DNA of 64,000 bases. Origin: Opitutus sp. GAS368 (GTDB lineage Bacteria; Verrucomicrobiota; Verrucomicrobiia; Opitutales; Opitutaceae). Positions within the stretch are counted from its first letter, which is position 1. Every line of letters starts with the position of its first letter. The stretch is from NCBI GenBank assembly GCA_945903415.1, contig CAMDOD010000002.1, positions 474-64,473 on the forward strand. Reading direction: 5' to 3'. The position numbers and the translations under genes are program-made. The notes under the pieces were generated by a model, which was not told the origin of the DNA, did not search any database, and saw only the letters and a list, made by a program, of their open reading frames with translations. This document shows positions 38,778 through 48,333 of the stretch, in pieces.

Positions 38778-39644
38778 ATGGCCTTCAATCTGAAAAAAGT
38801 GCTCAAGGCACTGCTGCTGTCGTCCAGCCAGCCGCTCGCGATCAAGGATGTCCAGGCCGCCTTCACGCGGTTTCACGACCTCGCGTCGAGTCTGCCGCTG
38901 GAGGAAACGGCCGAGGAGTCGGCGGCCGCCCCTGAAGCAGCCGGGGCTCCCGGGGCGGCGATCGAAGCCGCCGCGCCCGCCGAGGTGCCGGCCGAACTCG
39001 CCGAGGTGTTCATCGAGGCCCCGTCGGATCCGGAACTTTATGCCGACGTGCCGTCGTTGATCACCGGCACGCAGGTTCGCGAGGCGATGGACGAGATCGC
39101 CGCCGAGTTGCGCGCGGCCGATGACGGCCTGCTGTTGATCGAGGGCAATGCGGGCTACCGCCTCGTGACTCACCCGCGCTTCGGCCGCTGGGTCCGGATT
39201 CTTCGGCAGGAACCGCCGCCGGTGAAACTGAGTCAGTCGTCGATCGAGACGCTCGCGGTCGTGGCGTACCGGCAGCCCGTCACCCGCACCGAGATCGAGA
39301 CCATCCGCGGCGTGTCGGCGGAGGCCGGCCTCAACAAATTACAGGAGCGCGAACTCGTGTACGTGGTCGGTCGCGCCGACACGCCGGGGCGCCCGATTCA
39401 ATACGGCACCACGGATCAATTCCTCGAGTTCGTGGGCATCAAGTCGCTCGATGAACTGCCGGCGTCCGATGTACTCTCGTCGCGACAGATCGACGAGTGG
39501 CTGAAGACCTCGACGCCGTCGCACACCCCCACCGACACGGACATGGGTCTCGCGGACGAGCAGTTGCCGCTTGAAGCCCTGTCCGCAACCGTGGAGGAGG
39601 CGACGCCTCCGGATGTGGCGGCCCCGACCGCCGCCAGTTCCTGA
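38778..39644 (+). CDS. scpB: Segregation and condensation protein B with an Ala/Pro/Glu-rich insertion and an acidic C-terminal tail
   Basis: LSQSSIETLAVVAYRQPVTRTEIETIRGV....GRADTPGRPIQYGTTDQFLEFVGI is the ScpB winged-helix core. No scpA is adjacent. Confidence 0.8.
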   Translation: MAFNLKKVLKALLLSSSQPLAIKDVQAAFTRFHDLASSLPLEETAEESAAAPEAAGAPGAAIEAAAPAEVPAELAEVFIEAPSDPELYADVPSLITGTQVREAMDEIAAELRAADDGLLLIEGNAGYRLVTHPRFGRWVRILRQEPPPVKLSQSSIETLAVVAYRQPVTRTEIETIRGVSAEAGLNKLQERELVYVVGRADTPGRPIQYGTTDQFLEFVGIKSLDELPASDVLSSRQIDEWLKTSTPSHTPTDTDMGLADEQLPLEALSATVEEATPPDVAAPTAASS

Positions 39645-39646
39645 CC

Positions 39647-40726
39647 ATGGACCTCGGCCCGATTCGCGACAAAATCGATCAACTGGACAAGCAGTTGGTT
39701 GAACTGCTGAACCAACGTCTCGCGCTCGCGGCGGAAATTGGGAAGGTGAAACGCAGCCAGGGAGGGCAGATTTACGTCGCGGAACGCGAGGACGCGGTCT
39801 TCCGCAAGGTCACCGGCCAGAACAGCGGTCCGATCAAGCACGAGGCGCTGCGCGCGATCTACCGCGAGATTATGTCGGCGGCCATCGCGCTGGAGAAGCC
39901 GCTGATGATCGCCTATCTCGGGCCCGAAGCGAGCAACACGCACTCGGCCGCGCTGAAGAAGTTCGGGGCCAGCGTCGACTACCACGCCATGGCGACGGTG
40001 CACGATATCTTCACCGCCGTGGAGAAGGGCGAGACGGACTACGCGGTCATCCCGATTGAGAACTCGACCGAAGGGTCGGTGCGCGAGGCGCTCGACAGTT
40101 TCGTGGAGAGTGATCTCAAGATCGTCGCGCAGATCTACCTCGAGATTAGCCATGCGCTGATCTCGAAATCGCCGCTCGAGTCCATCGAGCGGGTGTACTC
40201 GAAGGATCAAGCGCTCGCCCAATGCCGCAACTGGCTGCAGCGCCACCTGCCGCATGCGCAACTGATCGACGCCCCGAGCACCTCGCGCGCCGTGCAGCGG
40301 GCCAAGGAAGAGGCGGGGACCGCCGCGGTGGCGGGAGAACTTGCGGCCGAGCATTATGGCGTGCCGGTCGTCGAGCGAAACATCCAGGACAGGGCGGACA
40401 ACACCACGCGTTTTTTTGTCATCGGTCGCAAGCCCTCCGGCCCGGTCGGCGGCGGCAAGGACATCACGAGCCTCCTCGTGTCACTCGGCGACGAGGCGGC
40501 TTCGCATTCCGGTGCGCTCCTGAAGATGCTGATGCCGCTGGCGGAGCGGGGCATCAATCTCTCGAAGATCGAGTCGCGGCCGAGCAAGAAGCGCCCGTGG
40601 GATTACTTCTTCTTCCTCGATGTGACCGGCCATTACGAGGACGAGAACATGCGCGCCGCGATCGCTGAGTTGCGCAAGTTCTGTCCGTTGGTGAAGTGGC
40701 TGGGCAGCTATCCCTCGGCGAGCTGA
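39647..40726 (+). CDS. pheA: Bifunctional chorismate mutase / prephenate dehydratase
   Basis: N-terminal CM_2 helix IRDKIDQLDKQLVELLNQRLALA. PDT core IAYLGPEASNTHSAA...NTTRFFVIG. ACT domain with ESRPSKKRPWDYFFF. Confidence 0.9.
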   Translation: MDLGPIRDKIDQLDKQLVELLNQRLALAAEIGKVKRSQGGQIYVAEREDAVFRKVTGQNSGPIKHEALRAIYREIMSAAIALEKPLMIAYLGPEASNTHSAALKKFGASVDYHAMATVHDIFTAVEKGETDYAVIPIENSTEGSVREALDSFVESDLKIVAQIYLEISHALISKSPLESIERVYSKDQALAQCRNWLQRHLPHAQLIDAPSTSRAVQRAKEEAGTAAVAGELAAEHYGVPVVERNIQDRADNTTRFFVIGRKPSGPVGGGKDITSLLVSLGDEAASHSGALLKMLMPLAERGINLSKIESRPSKKRPWDYFFFLDVTGHYEDENMRAAIAELRKFCPLVKWLGSYPSAS

Positions 40727-40860
40727 ACCGGGCGCGGGTAGGCCGGCTGGAGACGAGGTAGCATGGGTCTTCAGACCGTTGACGTGGGATCGAATTGAAT
40801 TTCACGGGTCAGGCGACCCGTGCCACTTCCGTGCCCAGCAGGCAGTGCCTCTGGTTCCGA

Positions 40861-41256
40861 CTACTTCCGAAATGCCAGATAAAGCCCCGCCACGACGACC
40901 CCGACGAAAACAAGGGCACCGATAAAGTAGAGCAGGCAGCCCTTCCGGATGTCGGTTTGGAGCGCGGCGGGTGCCACGCGATATTGTTCGAGAATCTCGT
41001 CGGCATTGGCGGCCCGGGCATCCGCTGCCGGGGCGATCACCGGAGCAGATGCCGCGAGCGGCAGGCGGCGCACCGTGATCGGAGGTGCCGGGGTTGAAGG
41101 TGCCAGGAGGGGGGGGGCTTGAGGATCGGGGATCGGCGCCGCCGTGAGGGCCGGGGAAGCCGAGTTCGAGGCCTTGGCGATTTCTCGATCCAGCCACGCG
41201 AGGTGCTCCTGCAAAAGCGCGCGCTGGCGAAGGAGTTCGGCGAGGCGGTCGGCCAT
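40861..41256 (-). CDS. Hypothetical tail-anchored membrane protein (131 aa)
   Basis: N-terminal helical segment, Pro/Ala-rich linker, C-terminal TM segment CLLYFIGALVFVGVVVAGLYLAF. It lies downstream of rpmA after a terminator. The coding assignment is moderate. Confidence 0.45.
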   Translation of the reverse strand: MADRLAELLRQRALLQEHLAWLDREIAKASNSASPALTAAPIPDPQAPPLLAPSTPAPPITVRRLPLAASAPVIAPAADARAANADEILEQYRVAPAALQTDIRKGCLLYFIGALVFVGVVVAGLYLAFRK

Positions 41257-41321
41257 GGCGGGACGGTGACAACTGGAAGGAATCGGGCAAGCTTCGGAAA
41301 GGTGCGCGGCCTCCGGCCAAC

Positions 41322-41348
41322 AAAAAGGGCCGGTCTTGCGACCGGCCC
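41322..41348 (-). terminator. Intrinsic terminator of rplU-rpmA
   Basis: The minus strand reads gggccggtc-gcaa-gaccggccc followed by ttttt. It lies 25 nt after the rpmA stop. Confidence 0.75.
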
Positions 41349-41372
41349 TGGGAAATGAGTTCGAAGAACGAC

Positions 41373-41618
41373 TTAGGCCGTGACGACCGAGACGCTGCGA
41401 TGCGCCTTGTCGTACTTGATCGTGCCGTCCTTCAACGCGAAGAGCGTCCAATCGCGGCCGGTGCCGACATTCTTGCCCGCATGCAGCTTGGAGCCGCGTT
41501 GCCGGACGAGGATATTACCAGCGATGGCGACCTGGCCGCCAAACATCTTGATGCCCAGCCTTTTTGAATGGCTGTCGCGGCCGTTGCTCGATGTGCCCTG
41601 ACCTTTCTTATGCGCCAT
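41373..41618 (-). CDS. rpmA: 50S ribosomal protein L27
   Basis: [47 protein letters not shown] is unmistakable L27. Confidence 0.95.
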   Translation of the reverse strand: MAHKKGQGTSSNGRDSHSKRLGIKMFGGQVAIAGNILVRQRGSKLHAGKNVGTGRDWTLFALKDGTIKYDKAHRSVSVVTA

Positions 41619-41632
41619 GACGAATAGTCTCC

Positions 41633-41947
41633 TTAAGCGTTAATCGATTCGATTTTGATGACTGAAAGCTCTTGGCGATGACCGCGTTTCCGCTCCATGC
41701 CCTTGCGCTTCTTCTTCTTGAACACGATGACCTTATCACCGCGCTTGTTCTCCAGAATTTTGACCGACACGGTGGCGCCGGGCAGGGTTGGGGTGCCAAC
41801 CTTGAAATTCTCGCCTTCGCCCGTGGCGAGGACTTCCTTGATTTCAACCGTCGAGCCCTTTTCGGTGCCCGGGTAACGGTTGACGGTCAAAATGTCGCCC
41901 TCGGTCACAGTGAACTGCTGGCCTTGGGTCTTGATGGTCGCTTTCAT
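41633..41947 (-). CDS. rplU: 50S ribosomal protein L21
   Basis: [20 protein letters not shown]...[21 protein letters not shown]. Only the last 104 codons of the 472-aa track ORF are real. Confidence 0.95.
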   Translation of the reverse strand: MKATIKTQGQQFTVTEGDILTVNRYPGTEKGSTVEIKEVLATGEGENFKVGTPTLPGATVSVKILENKRGDKVIVFKKKKRKGMERKRGHRQELSVIKIESINA

Positions 41948-42069
41948 AAATAAAACTGCGGAATAAGCGGTTTCGTGGAAATGAACGCAAGGATTATTTC
42001 CCCTTTTCCTCCACGAAGAAGCGGGTTCACGGCCAGGTTCCAATTTCTCCAGCTGGCCTGCGACACCCT

Positions 42070-43473
42070 TCAAGGCCGCTTTTTCTCGGCGCGGTAAAAA
42101 ACGTGGTTCACGAGAAATCCCAGTCCGAACACGCCGCTGAGCGTGCGGATGTTTCGCATCGCGCCGAAGACCATCGTGAGCGGCTGCGCTTGCGGTTCGT
42201 GCACCCGCAGCAGCAGCAGGCAGCCGGATAACGAAAGGATCGGCATCAAGAGAAAGCACGTGTGGTAAACGGCGAGGGCATCCGACCAGCGTCCGAGGGC
42301 CCACGTCAAAACGTTGCCTCCAATGATCGGCGCCGCCGCCGCGACCAACGAGGTGATGGCGAGATTGGTTCCGATCGCGAGATTCTTGGCCTGGCGCGGA
42401 ATCAGCCGGAGCAGAATCGTGAACTGCCCGAGGATGAAGCCCGCACCGGTGGCGCCGCCGCCGATCCACATGCCGTAGAGCAGCCAGCTGTTGTCCGGCG
42501 TCAGGATGGTCCAGGTCCAGGTGGTCGCCTGCCAGAGGATCATGGAGACCACCATCACCGACTTGTTGCCATAGCGGTCGAGGAGCAATCCCCACGCGGG
42601 CAACGAGAGCGCGCCGGTGAGTTGGGCGATCGTCGAAAGAATGCCGACGTCGAAGGCCGACAGCCCGATCTGCTCGAACATGAAGATGTGGTAGAACGGT
42701 CCGAAACAGTTGGCGGCGAAAGACCAGACCGCACCGAACGCGATGAACACGAGGAACGATTTCGATTCCCAGACCGTCCGGGCCTGGTCCCGCAGCGGCA
42801 GCGGCGGACTGACGGCGTGACGTCGCGCCCGCGTCGGGCTGAGCCACTGCCAGCGCAGCGAAAAAATCCGCAGCAGGACCGCGCCCGCGATGATGTATTG
42901 GAAAACGCGAATGGCGTAGCCGCCCTGCACTAGGGCCCAGCCGGTCGCGAGGAGGAAGACGGTCGTCGAGATCTGCGTCATGCCGTTGCGGCGGCCGAAG
43001 AATTTTCCGCGCAGCCGGTAGGGTACCCATTCCTGAATCCACGCGTTCCACGTCACACCGGCGATCGCGCCGAAGCAGCTCGTGATGAGAAACCAGACGA
43101 TGATCATCTGCCCCGCGCGATTCGGGTCATCCCGCGGGATCCAGGGTAGCATGATCCCAAACACGACCCACGAGAGGAGATGCAACGTGGCCGCGGAGAT
43201 CGAGATGGTCTTCGGCGGCTTCCAGCGCGCGAGAAACGAGGCGACAAAGATCTGGAGGAAGTTGCCGACGAACGGCAGCGCGCAGATCAGGCCGATGGTC
43301 GTCTTCGGCAGGACAAAGGCCTTCGCCACGAGCGTCGTCATGAACACGTTCACCGGTAGCGACATGGTCACAAGCGGCATGGCCATGATGCCCTCGGCGG
43401 TGCACAGCCGCAGCGAACGGAGCAGATCCCGCTTGTGTTCGAGCGCGGTGGTACGTGCGGTGCTCGCGTTCAA
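42070..43473 (-). CDS. MFS transporter
   Basis: 467 aa with about 12 predicted hydrophobic segments. Loop 2-3-like motif in [12 protein letters not shown]. No substrate assignment is possible. Confidence 0.75.
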   Translation of the reverse strand: MNASTARTTALEHKRDLLRSLRLCTAEGIMAMPLVTMSLPVNVFMTTLVAKAFVLPKTTIGLICALPFVGNFLQIFVASFLARWKPPKTISISAATLHLLSWVVFGIMLPWIPRDDPNRAGQMIIVWFLITSCFGAIAGVTWNAWIQEWVPYRLRGKFFGRRNGMTQISTTVFLLATGWALVQGGYAIRVFQYIIAGAVLLRIFSLRWQWLSPTRARRHAVSPPLPLRDQARTVWESKSFLVFIAFGAVWSFAANCFGPFYHIFMFEQIGLSAFDVGILSTIAQLTGALSLPAWGLLLDRYGNKSVMVVSMILWQATTWTWTILTPDNSWLLYGMWIGGGATGAGFILGQFTILLRLIPRQAKNLAIGTNLAITSLVAAAAPIIGGNVLTWALGRWSDALAVYHTCFLLMPILSLSGCLLLLRVHEPQAQPLTMVFGAMRNIRTLSGVFGLGFLVNHVFYRAEKKRP

Positions 43474-43541
43474 TGGAAGTCGAGCCCGGCACTGCTTGGC
43501 ACCGGGAACGAGGCCATGGTCAAAGGTGACATGGCGGACTG

Positions 43542-43775
43542 ATGGAGGAAAACGGGCATGCTGCGCACCTCAAAAAGCTGAATTCAGGGATCAAAGCGAA
43601 ACTCTTCCAGCGGAAGAACGCCCTGGCTCTGGCGCACTGGTTGCTTGGCAAGCACCTGGCGCTGCGCTGGCCGGACGGTCGCGAGGAGGCCCGGTTGATC
43701 ACCGAGACTGAGGCGAAGCTCTGGCGATTCGTGCTGGCGCCTCGGCCCGATCAAACGGACGGGCGGAGCGACTGA
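43542..43775 (+). pseudogene. Truncated DNA-3-methyladenine glycosylase (Mpg/AAG family) relic
   Basis: LFQRKNALALAHWLLGKHLALRWPDGREEARLITETEA follows the Mpg N-terminal pattern F..r.aleLA..LLGk.Lv.....G.IvETEAY. The similarity ends right after ETEA, the ORF stops about 20 codons later, and it overlaps the 3' end of the convergent GT9 gene. About two thirds of a normal Mpg is missing. Confidence 0.45.
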
Positions 43776-44653
43776 AGTTCGGCCCGGACATCCTCCACGG
43801 CAATCGCTGCCATCTCTGGCCCGCGGCGCAGGACGCGCACGGTCGATGCGGGCGGAGCCCAAAGCGAAGGATCAGTCGGACCAAACAGCAGCAGGCAGGG
43901 GATTCCCGTCGCGGCGGCGAGATGACTGATGCCGGAGTCGTGTCCGAGGAACAGCGCGCAGCGGGCCAACTGTGCAACCAAGGTTTCCAGGCGCAGGTTA
44001 ATCGCGGGCACGACGCGTGGATCGGTCAGCAGGGCAGTGAGGGCGGGTCCGCGGGTCTCGAGTTCGGCCTCGCCGAGGATCACGGTGATGGGGCCGGGCA
44101 GCGCCACGGTGACCTCCCGCCAGCGCTCGAGGGGCCAGTTCTTTCGCGCCGAACCGCTGCCGGGGTGCAGGGCAACGCCGATGGGCGAGATTCGGGCGAC
44201 CGCGGCGTCGCTGGCCAAGGGTTGGAGCGGAAACCAAGGCGCGGCGTCACCCAGGTCGAACGCGCGCAGGGCAGCCGCATAGTGCGCCGCCGCGGGGGCG
44301 AGGGTGGGCATGGCCGGCCAGGTCAGAAAGACTTGATCGGTGCGGCGTGGAAAGTGCCGCGGCAGGTCCGCGTCAGGATCCGGCCAATAGTTCAGGACGA
44401 GATCGAAGCTGGTGAGCCAGGTTGCCATCGGCTCGGTCAAAGGTGCGCCCCCAAAGAGGGCCGACCAGCGCGCCTCGTGCTGCGAGTGCACCGCATCGAT
44501 CAGGCCCCGCGCCCGGGCCAGTTCCGCGGCGCGGGCATTTCCGACCAACTCGATCCTTGCCTCCGGCCAGCGCCGGCGCAGGAGCGCGAGCGTGGGCAGC
44601 GTGACGATAAAGTCGCCGAGGGCGCCGCCCCTAAGGACGAGAATTTTTCGCAT
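43751..44653 (-). CDS. Glycosyltransferase family 9 (LPS heptosyltransferase-like)
   Basis: MRKILVLRGGALGDFIVTLPTLALLRRRWP is the GT9 N-terminus. C-terminal FLGHDSGISHLAAATGIP. Start taken at ATG 44653. Confidence 0.8.
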   Translation of the reverse strand: MRKILVLRGGALGDFIVTLPTLALLRRRWPEARIELVGNARAAELARARGLIDAVHSQHEARWSALFGGAPLTEPMATWLTSFDLVLNYWPDPDADLPRHFPRRTDQVFLTWPAMPTLAPAAAHYAAALRAFDLGDAAPWFPLQPLASDAAVARISPIGVALHPGSGSARKNWPLERWREVTVALPGPITVILGEAELETRGPALTALLTDPRVVPAINLRLETLVAQLARCALFLGHDSGISHLAAATGIPCLLLFGPTDPSLWAPPASTVRVLRRGPEMAAIAVEDVRAELQSLRPSV

Positions 44654-45482
44654 CCGGAACGGGTGAACTTCCGCTGGCCGCCGGGTTCGCCACGGTCGCG
44701 GGAGCCGGTGGTGTGCCGAGTTTGGTGCCCGGCTTTTCATAGTAGTCCAGCGTCGCGGTGCCGGTGCCGATGTTGAACTCCACGTCGAAGCGGACGGGCA
44801 GCCGCTGTTCGTCCTGCGAGATCCAGACGCGGACCGAGCTGCCGCGCTTGAACATGCCCTTGGGCGGCGTCTTCTCCATCCGTGGCTCGAGTACGAGGGT
44901 GTTGAATTTGCCGAGCGAGGTCCACAGTTCCTCGTACCGCGTCGCGTGGATCGTCAGCTCATAGAAATCGTCGTCGAACAGCACGAGCGCATCGCGGGAC
45001 TCGCCCGGCTTCAGGTTCCAGGTCCGGGTCTGGAGCAGGGCAAGGATCAAGTCCGAGGGATCGCCCGCCGGCATCGGGAGATTTGTCGGCTCCTGGCTGT
45101 CCTTCGCGGAATACGCGGCGGTCCGCGCGGCGTGGTCGAAGGCGACGTGGTGCTCCTTCACCTTGTCCTTGCTCTTGGAATACTCGTGCAGCGACCGCAG
45201 TCGGCCGGAATTGAGATCGTAGAACGACTCCGCCCTGGCGTCGAAAGCGAGCAGCATGCGGGCGAATCCGCGCGTGGCCGTCGTAGTGGTCACCACCAGC
45301 CGGTCGTCACGGGTGGCGTCCCGCCGCGCATCGATCTTGATGCTGCCTGCGCCCCGCACGATGGCCCAGGAGACGCGGAAACTGAGGTGCTCGCCGGCCT
45401 GGAGCGGAAAGTCGGCGGCGGCCCGGGCCGGTCCGGACGCCACGAGGAGGAGGATCGGCAACAGCAGCGAACGAAGTATCAT
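44631..45482 (-). CDS. DUF3108-like secreted protein
   Basis: Signal peptide MILRSLLLPILLLVASGPARA. GEHLSFRVSW..V.AGSIKID and the late RLPVRFDVEFNIGTGTATL resemble DUF3108. It overlaps the GT9 start by 23 nt. Confidence 0.65.
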   Translation of the reverse strand: MILRSLLLPILLLVASGPARAAADFPLQAGEHLSFRVSWAIVRGAGSIKIDARRDATRDDRLVVTTTTATRGFARMLLAFDARAESFYDLNSGRLRSLHEYSKSKDKVKEHHVAFDHAARTAAYSAKDSQEPTNLPMPAGDPSDLILALLQTRTWNLKPGESRDALVLFDDDFYELTIHATRYEELWTSLGKFNTLVLEPRMEKTPPKGMFKRGSSVRVWISQDEQRLPVRFDVEFNIGTGTATLDYYEKPGTKLGTPPAPATVANPAASGSSPVPDAKNSRP

Positions 45483-45643
45483 GAAGAAAGGAAGAGGGAA
45501 GTCGGGCGCGGGAAGAGGCGGCGGAAGTGAATCGATTTCGCCTCGGGAGCGGGTGAAGCTGGCCGCGGGTCCGACCCGCCGCGAGCAAAAGCCGGGCCCA
45601 ACCGAGGCGAAGCTGATGACACCGCCGACGGTCCCTTGAGCCT

Positions 45644-46696
45644 TCAAGTTGGATCTTCGGTCGGACGGGCCGGGACCGGCAGGGAGAGTTCGAGCTGGTT
45701 GTCCACTCCGAGCGCCCAGGCTTCGACCCCGCGCCGGCGCAGCGTGGCAGCGAACTCCTGGGCAAAGCCGTGGAGCGTGAACACCTGGCGGGGATTCACG
45801 GCCTCCACGAAGCGGAGGAGATCAGGGTAGTCGGCGTGGTCCGAGAGCGGGAACGCAGCGTCGCAACGGTAGCGATAGATGGCGCCCGCATCGAGGGCCC
45901 AGCCGCTGACGACGGCGGTGCGCGGCCGCGGAATCTGGCGCAGAAACGGCGAGGCGGGCGATTGCGGCGGACAGATGACGACGTGGCCCGTCAGCTCCTC
46001 GGCCGCGAATGGGCGGTAGGAGGGGAACACGATTCCAAACTCCTCATAGATATGCGTGAGGCGGAGATTTTGCGGATGCAGCATCGCGGGCAGACCCGCC
46101 GCGGCGAGTCCGCAGAGCAGTTCCTGGCTCTTGCCGAGGCTGTAAGCGAACAGCACCGGCGTCGCGCCCTCGACGAGGGCCGCTCGGCAGAAGGCGGCAA
46201 TGTCGGCCAGCACCTGCGCCGTGGGAGGGAAGACATATTTCGGACGGCCGAACGTGGTCTCCATGATCAGGACATCGGCGGCGGGCGTGGCGCAGATTTC
46301 GGCCGAGAGTCCCGGCTGCAGCTTGAAGTCTCCGGTGTAAAGCAGCCGCCCATGCGACTCGTGGGTGAGGAGACATTGCGCGGAGCCGTAGATATGGCCG
46401 GCGGGATGGAGCGTGACCGTCGTGTCGGGCGTGAGCTGCTCTCCCTGCCCGAACGGCAGGACGTGCTCGAGCCGCCGGCCGGGCATCCGGGCTTGCATCA
46501 GCCGCGACGTCCCTGCCGAGCATAGGATCTCGTCGTGGCGCGCGATATGATCCGAGTGGGCATGGGAAACGAACGATCTCCGTTGCCGAAAATGGGCATC
46601 GAGCCACCAAGCGATCTGCGGGAGCCAGACACCCGCGCGAAATTCAACCTGCCACGACATCGGCGGGAAGCTTTGGGCGCCGTGCCCGAACCTCAA
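45644..46696 (-). CDS. MBL-fold / beta-CASP nuclease resembling the 'ligase-associated DNA damage response exonuclease' family
   Basis: WLPQIAWWLDAHFRQRRSFVSHAHSDH (HxHxDH). Contains HPAGHIYGSA and METTFG, plus the C-terminal SDHADYPDL and TLHG. About 340 aa. An alternative start at ATG 46660 is possible. Confidence 0.7.
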   Translation of the reverse strand: MRFGHGAQSFPPMSWQVEFRAGVWLPQIAWWLDAHFRQRRSFVSHAHSDHIARHDEILCSAGTSRLMQARMPGRRLEHVLPFGQGEQLTPDTTVTLHPAGHIYGSAQCLLTHESHGRLLYTGDFKLQPGLSAEICATPAADVLIMETTFGRPKYVFPPTAQVLADIAAFCRAALVEGATPVLFAYSLGKSQELLCGLAAAGLPAMLHPQNLRLTHIYEEFGIVFPSYRPFAAEELTGHVVICPPQSPASPFLRQIPRPRTAVVSGWALDAGAIYRYRCDAAFPLSDHADYPDLLRFVEAVNPRQVFTLHGFAQEFAATLRRRGVEAWALGVDNQLELSLPVPARPTEDPT

Positions 46697-46767
46697 GCTG
46701 GGCCGCGCTTTTTCACCCAGAGCCGTATAATTTAATGTGTAACCGACTAGACGTCGTGGGAGCCAGG

Positions 46768-46810
46768 AAATGCGGGTAGGGGCGGGGCTCGGCCACGCCC
46801 GAATGGCTAC
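46768..46810. repeat. REP family 1, single unit, copy C
   Basis: aaatgcgg-gtaggggcggggctcggccacgccc-gaatggctac matches one half of the doublets at 1308-1375 and 5513-5620. Confidence 0.65.
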
Positions 46811-46828
46811 GGCATTTCTTAACCTTCT

Positions 46829-47101
46829 CTAGCGCCAGCCGGGAAGGCGGGACAGCAGCAGGAGCAGCAGCAGCACCCCGACGAGCCACCAGTACCAGGC
46901 CACGCCGTTGATTCGTCGCGTGGGCTGGCCGGGACCGGGGGCGTCGTCGTTCGAAGGCTCCGGGAGATCCAGGCCGTCGTAGAGATCCACGGCCCGCCAG
47001 CCCGTCCGTTCGTCGGCGCCGCATTCGGGACAGGCGTGGGCGGTCCGCGCCAGGGCGGCGCCGCATTGGGCGCATTCGTCCGGCGGTGGCTGCTCAGGCA
47101 T
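46829..47101 (-). CDS. Zinc-ribbon protein with a C-terminal transmembrane anchor (90 aa)
   Basis: CAQCG-x11-CPECG, then WYWWLVGVLLLLLLLS. The start overlaps the AI-2E gene stop by 8 nt. Confidence 0.55.
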   Translation of the reverse strand: MPEQPPPDECAQCGAALARTAHACPECGADERTGWRAVDLYDGLDLPEPSNDDAPGPGQPTRRINGVAWYWWLVGVLLLLLLLSRLPGWR

Positions 47102-48257
47102 CGCTGGACTGAAAGTACTTCCGCTTCGCCAGCCGCCACGCGGTGACGAAGAACGCCGTCAACGGCACGGCGAGCAGCATGCCGAGGATGCCTCCGAAGG
47201 CCGTGCCCCAGAAGAAAACCGCGAAGATAATCATCACCGGATGCAAGCCGGTTTGATGGCCCATGATTTTCGGCGTCAGGAACCACGCCTCGATCGACTG
47301 GACGATGCCATTGACCAGTAGCACGAGGCCGACGAGTTGCCAGCCGCCGGCGGGCTGGAAGAACGCGAGGGGGAGAGCGACCGCCAGGCCAAGGATCGTG
47401 CCGAGGTAGGGCACGATGTTGAGGATGCCGAGGGCGAGGCCGATGAAGAGACCGAACTTGAGCCCGACGACGCTGAACCCGAGAGCAAAGAGGACACCCA
47501 TGCTGAGGCCAATCAGAAGCTGGCCCCGGAAAAAGGACTCCACGATGGCGACAAACTCACTGGCGAGGAAAACGAAGTCCTCCCTCAGTCCGACGCGGAG
47601 GAAGGGCACCTGCGTGCCGAGGTTCCGCGTCGGTTCGCCGCGCATCAGCAGGAAGAAGAAGAGGTAGACCGGAATGATCGCGAAGTGGGTGATGAAGGCG
47701 AGGACGTCGAACACACCACCGAACGCGGCCTGAAGGGACGGGATCGCATGGTTGAAAACCGCCTTGCTCTGGTTCGCAATCGCGTCGGCGAGGCTGCGAA
47801 TACTCGGATTGGCGAGATGCCGTTCCGCGAGGGTGATCCACTGGGGGTAGTGGTTCGAAATATAACTCAACGCATTAGCCCAGAGATCGGGCAGGTACAC
47901 GATGAAGTTGATGAGCTGATCTATCACCGGCGGCAGCACGAGCACGAGGGCGCCGGCCGCGAGCAGGACGAACACGCCGTAGAGCAGAACGACCGCGACG
48001 ACCCGGCGAATCCCGAGTCGTCGCTCCACGCGCTCAACCAGCGGGCGCAGCATGAGCGCGAGGACGCCCGCCACGGCCAGCGGCCACAGCACGCTGGAAA
48101 AGAACATCAGGATCCGCCCGAGCACGAACACCGCGGCAATCAGGAGCGCCATCGACCCGAGAAAGCTGAGCAAGGTCAGCGCCACGCCCACGACGCGACG
48201 CTGGCTCGTGGAGAGGATCGGAGGAGTGGACTCGGCGGGCACGGCGATGGTGGCCAA
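47094..48257 (-). CDS. AI-2E family (PerM/UPF0118) transporter
   Basis: Multi-TM protein. The C-terminal half has the family-typical ...LNIVPYLGTILG...P.....G...V...F.....G.LG..LAVP. The start is uncertain: TTG 48257, GTG 48242, or the ORF maximum at 48362, which would overlap the RND gene. Confidence 0.75.
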   Translation of the reverse strand: MATIAVPAESTPPILSTSQRRVVGVALTLLSFLGSMALLIAAVFVLGRILMFFSSVLWPLAVAGVLALMLRPLVERVERRLGIRRVVAVVLLYGVFVLLAAGALVLVLPPVIDQLINFIVYLPDLWANALSYISNHYPQWITLAERHLANPSIRSLADAIANQSKAVFNHAIPSLQAAFGGVFDVLAFITHFAIIPVYLFFFLLMRGEPTRNLGTQVPFLRVGLREDFVFLASEFVAIVESFFRGQLLIGLSMGVLFALGFSVVGLKFGLFIGLALGILNIVPYLGTILGLAVALPLAFFQPAGGWQLVGLVLLVNGIVQSIEAWFLTPKIMGHQTGLHPVMIIFAVFFWGTAFGGILGMLLAVPLTAFFVTAWRLAKRKYFQSSDA

Positions 48258-48333
48258 GGGGAATCTAGTCGGGAAAAGTAAGCCAGTCGAAAGGAGGCGT
48301 CCGTCACCTCCGGAATGCCCGGGCTGGATTCGT

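Noticed and set aside
41633-43051. 472-aa ORF containing rplU at its C-terminus
   Set aside because: Only the last 104 codons (from ATG 41947) are ribosomal protein L21. The upstream extension runs antisense or out of frame through the MFS transporter gene and is Arg/Pro/Gly-rich noise.
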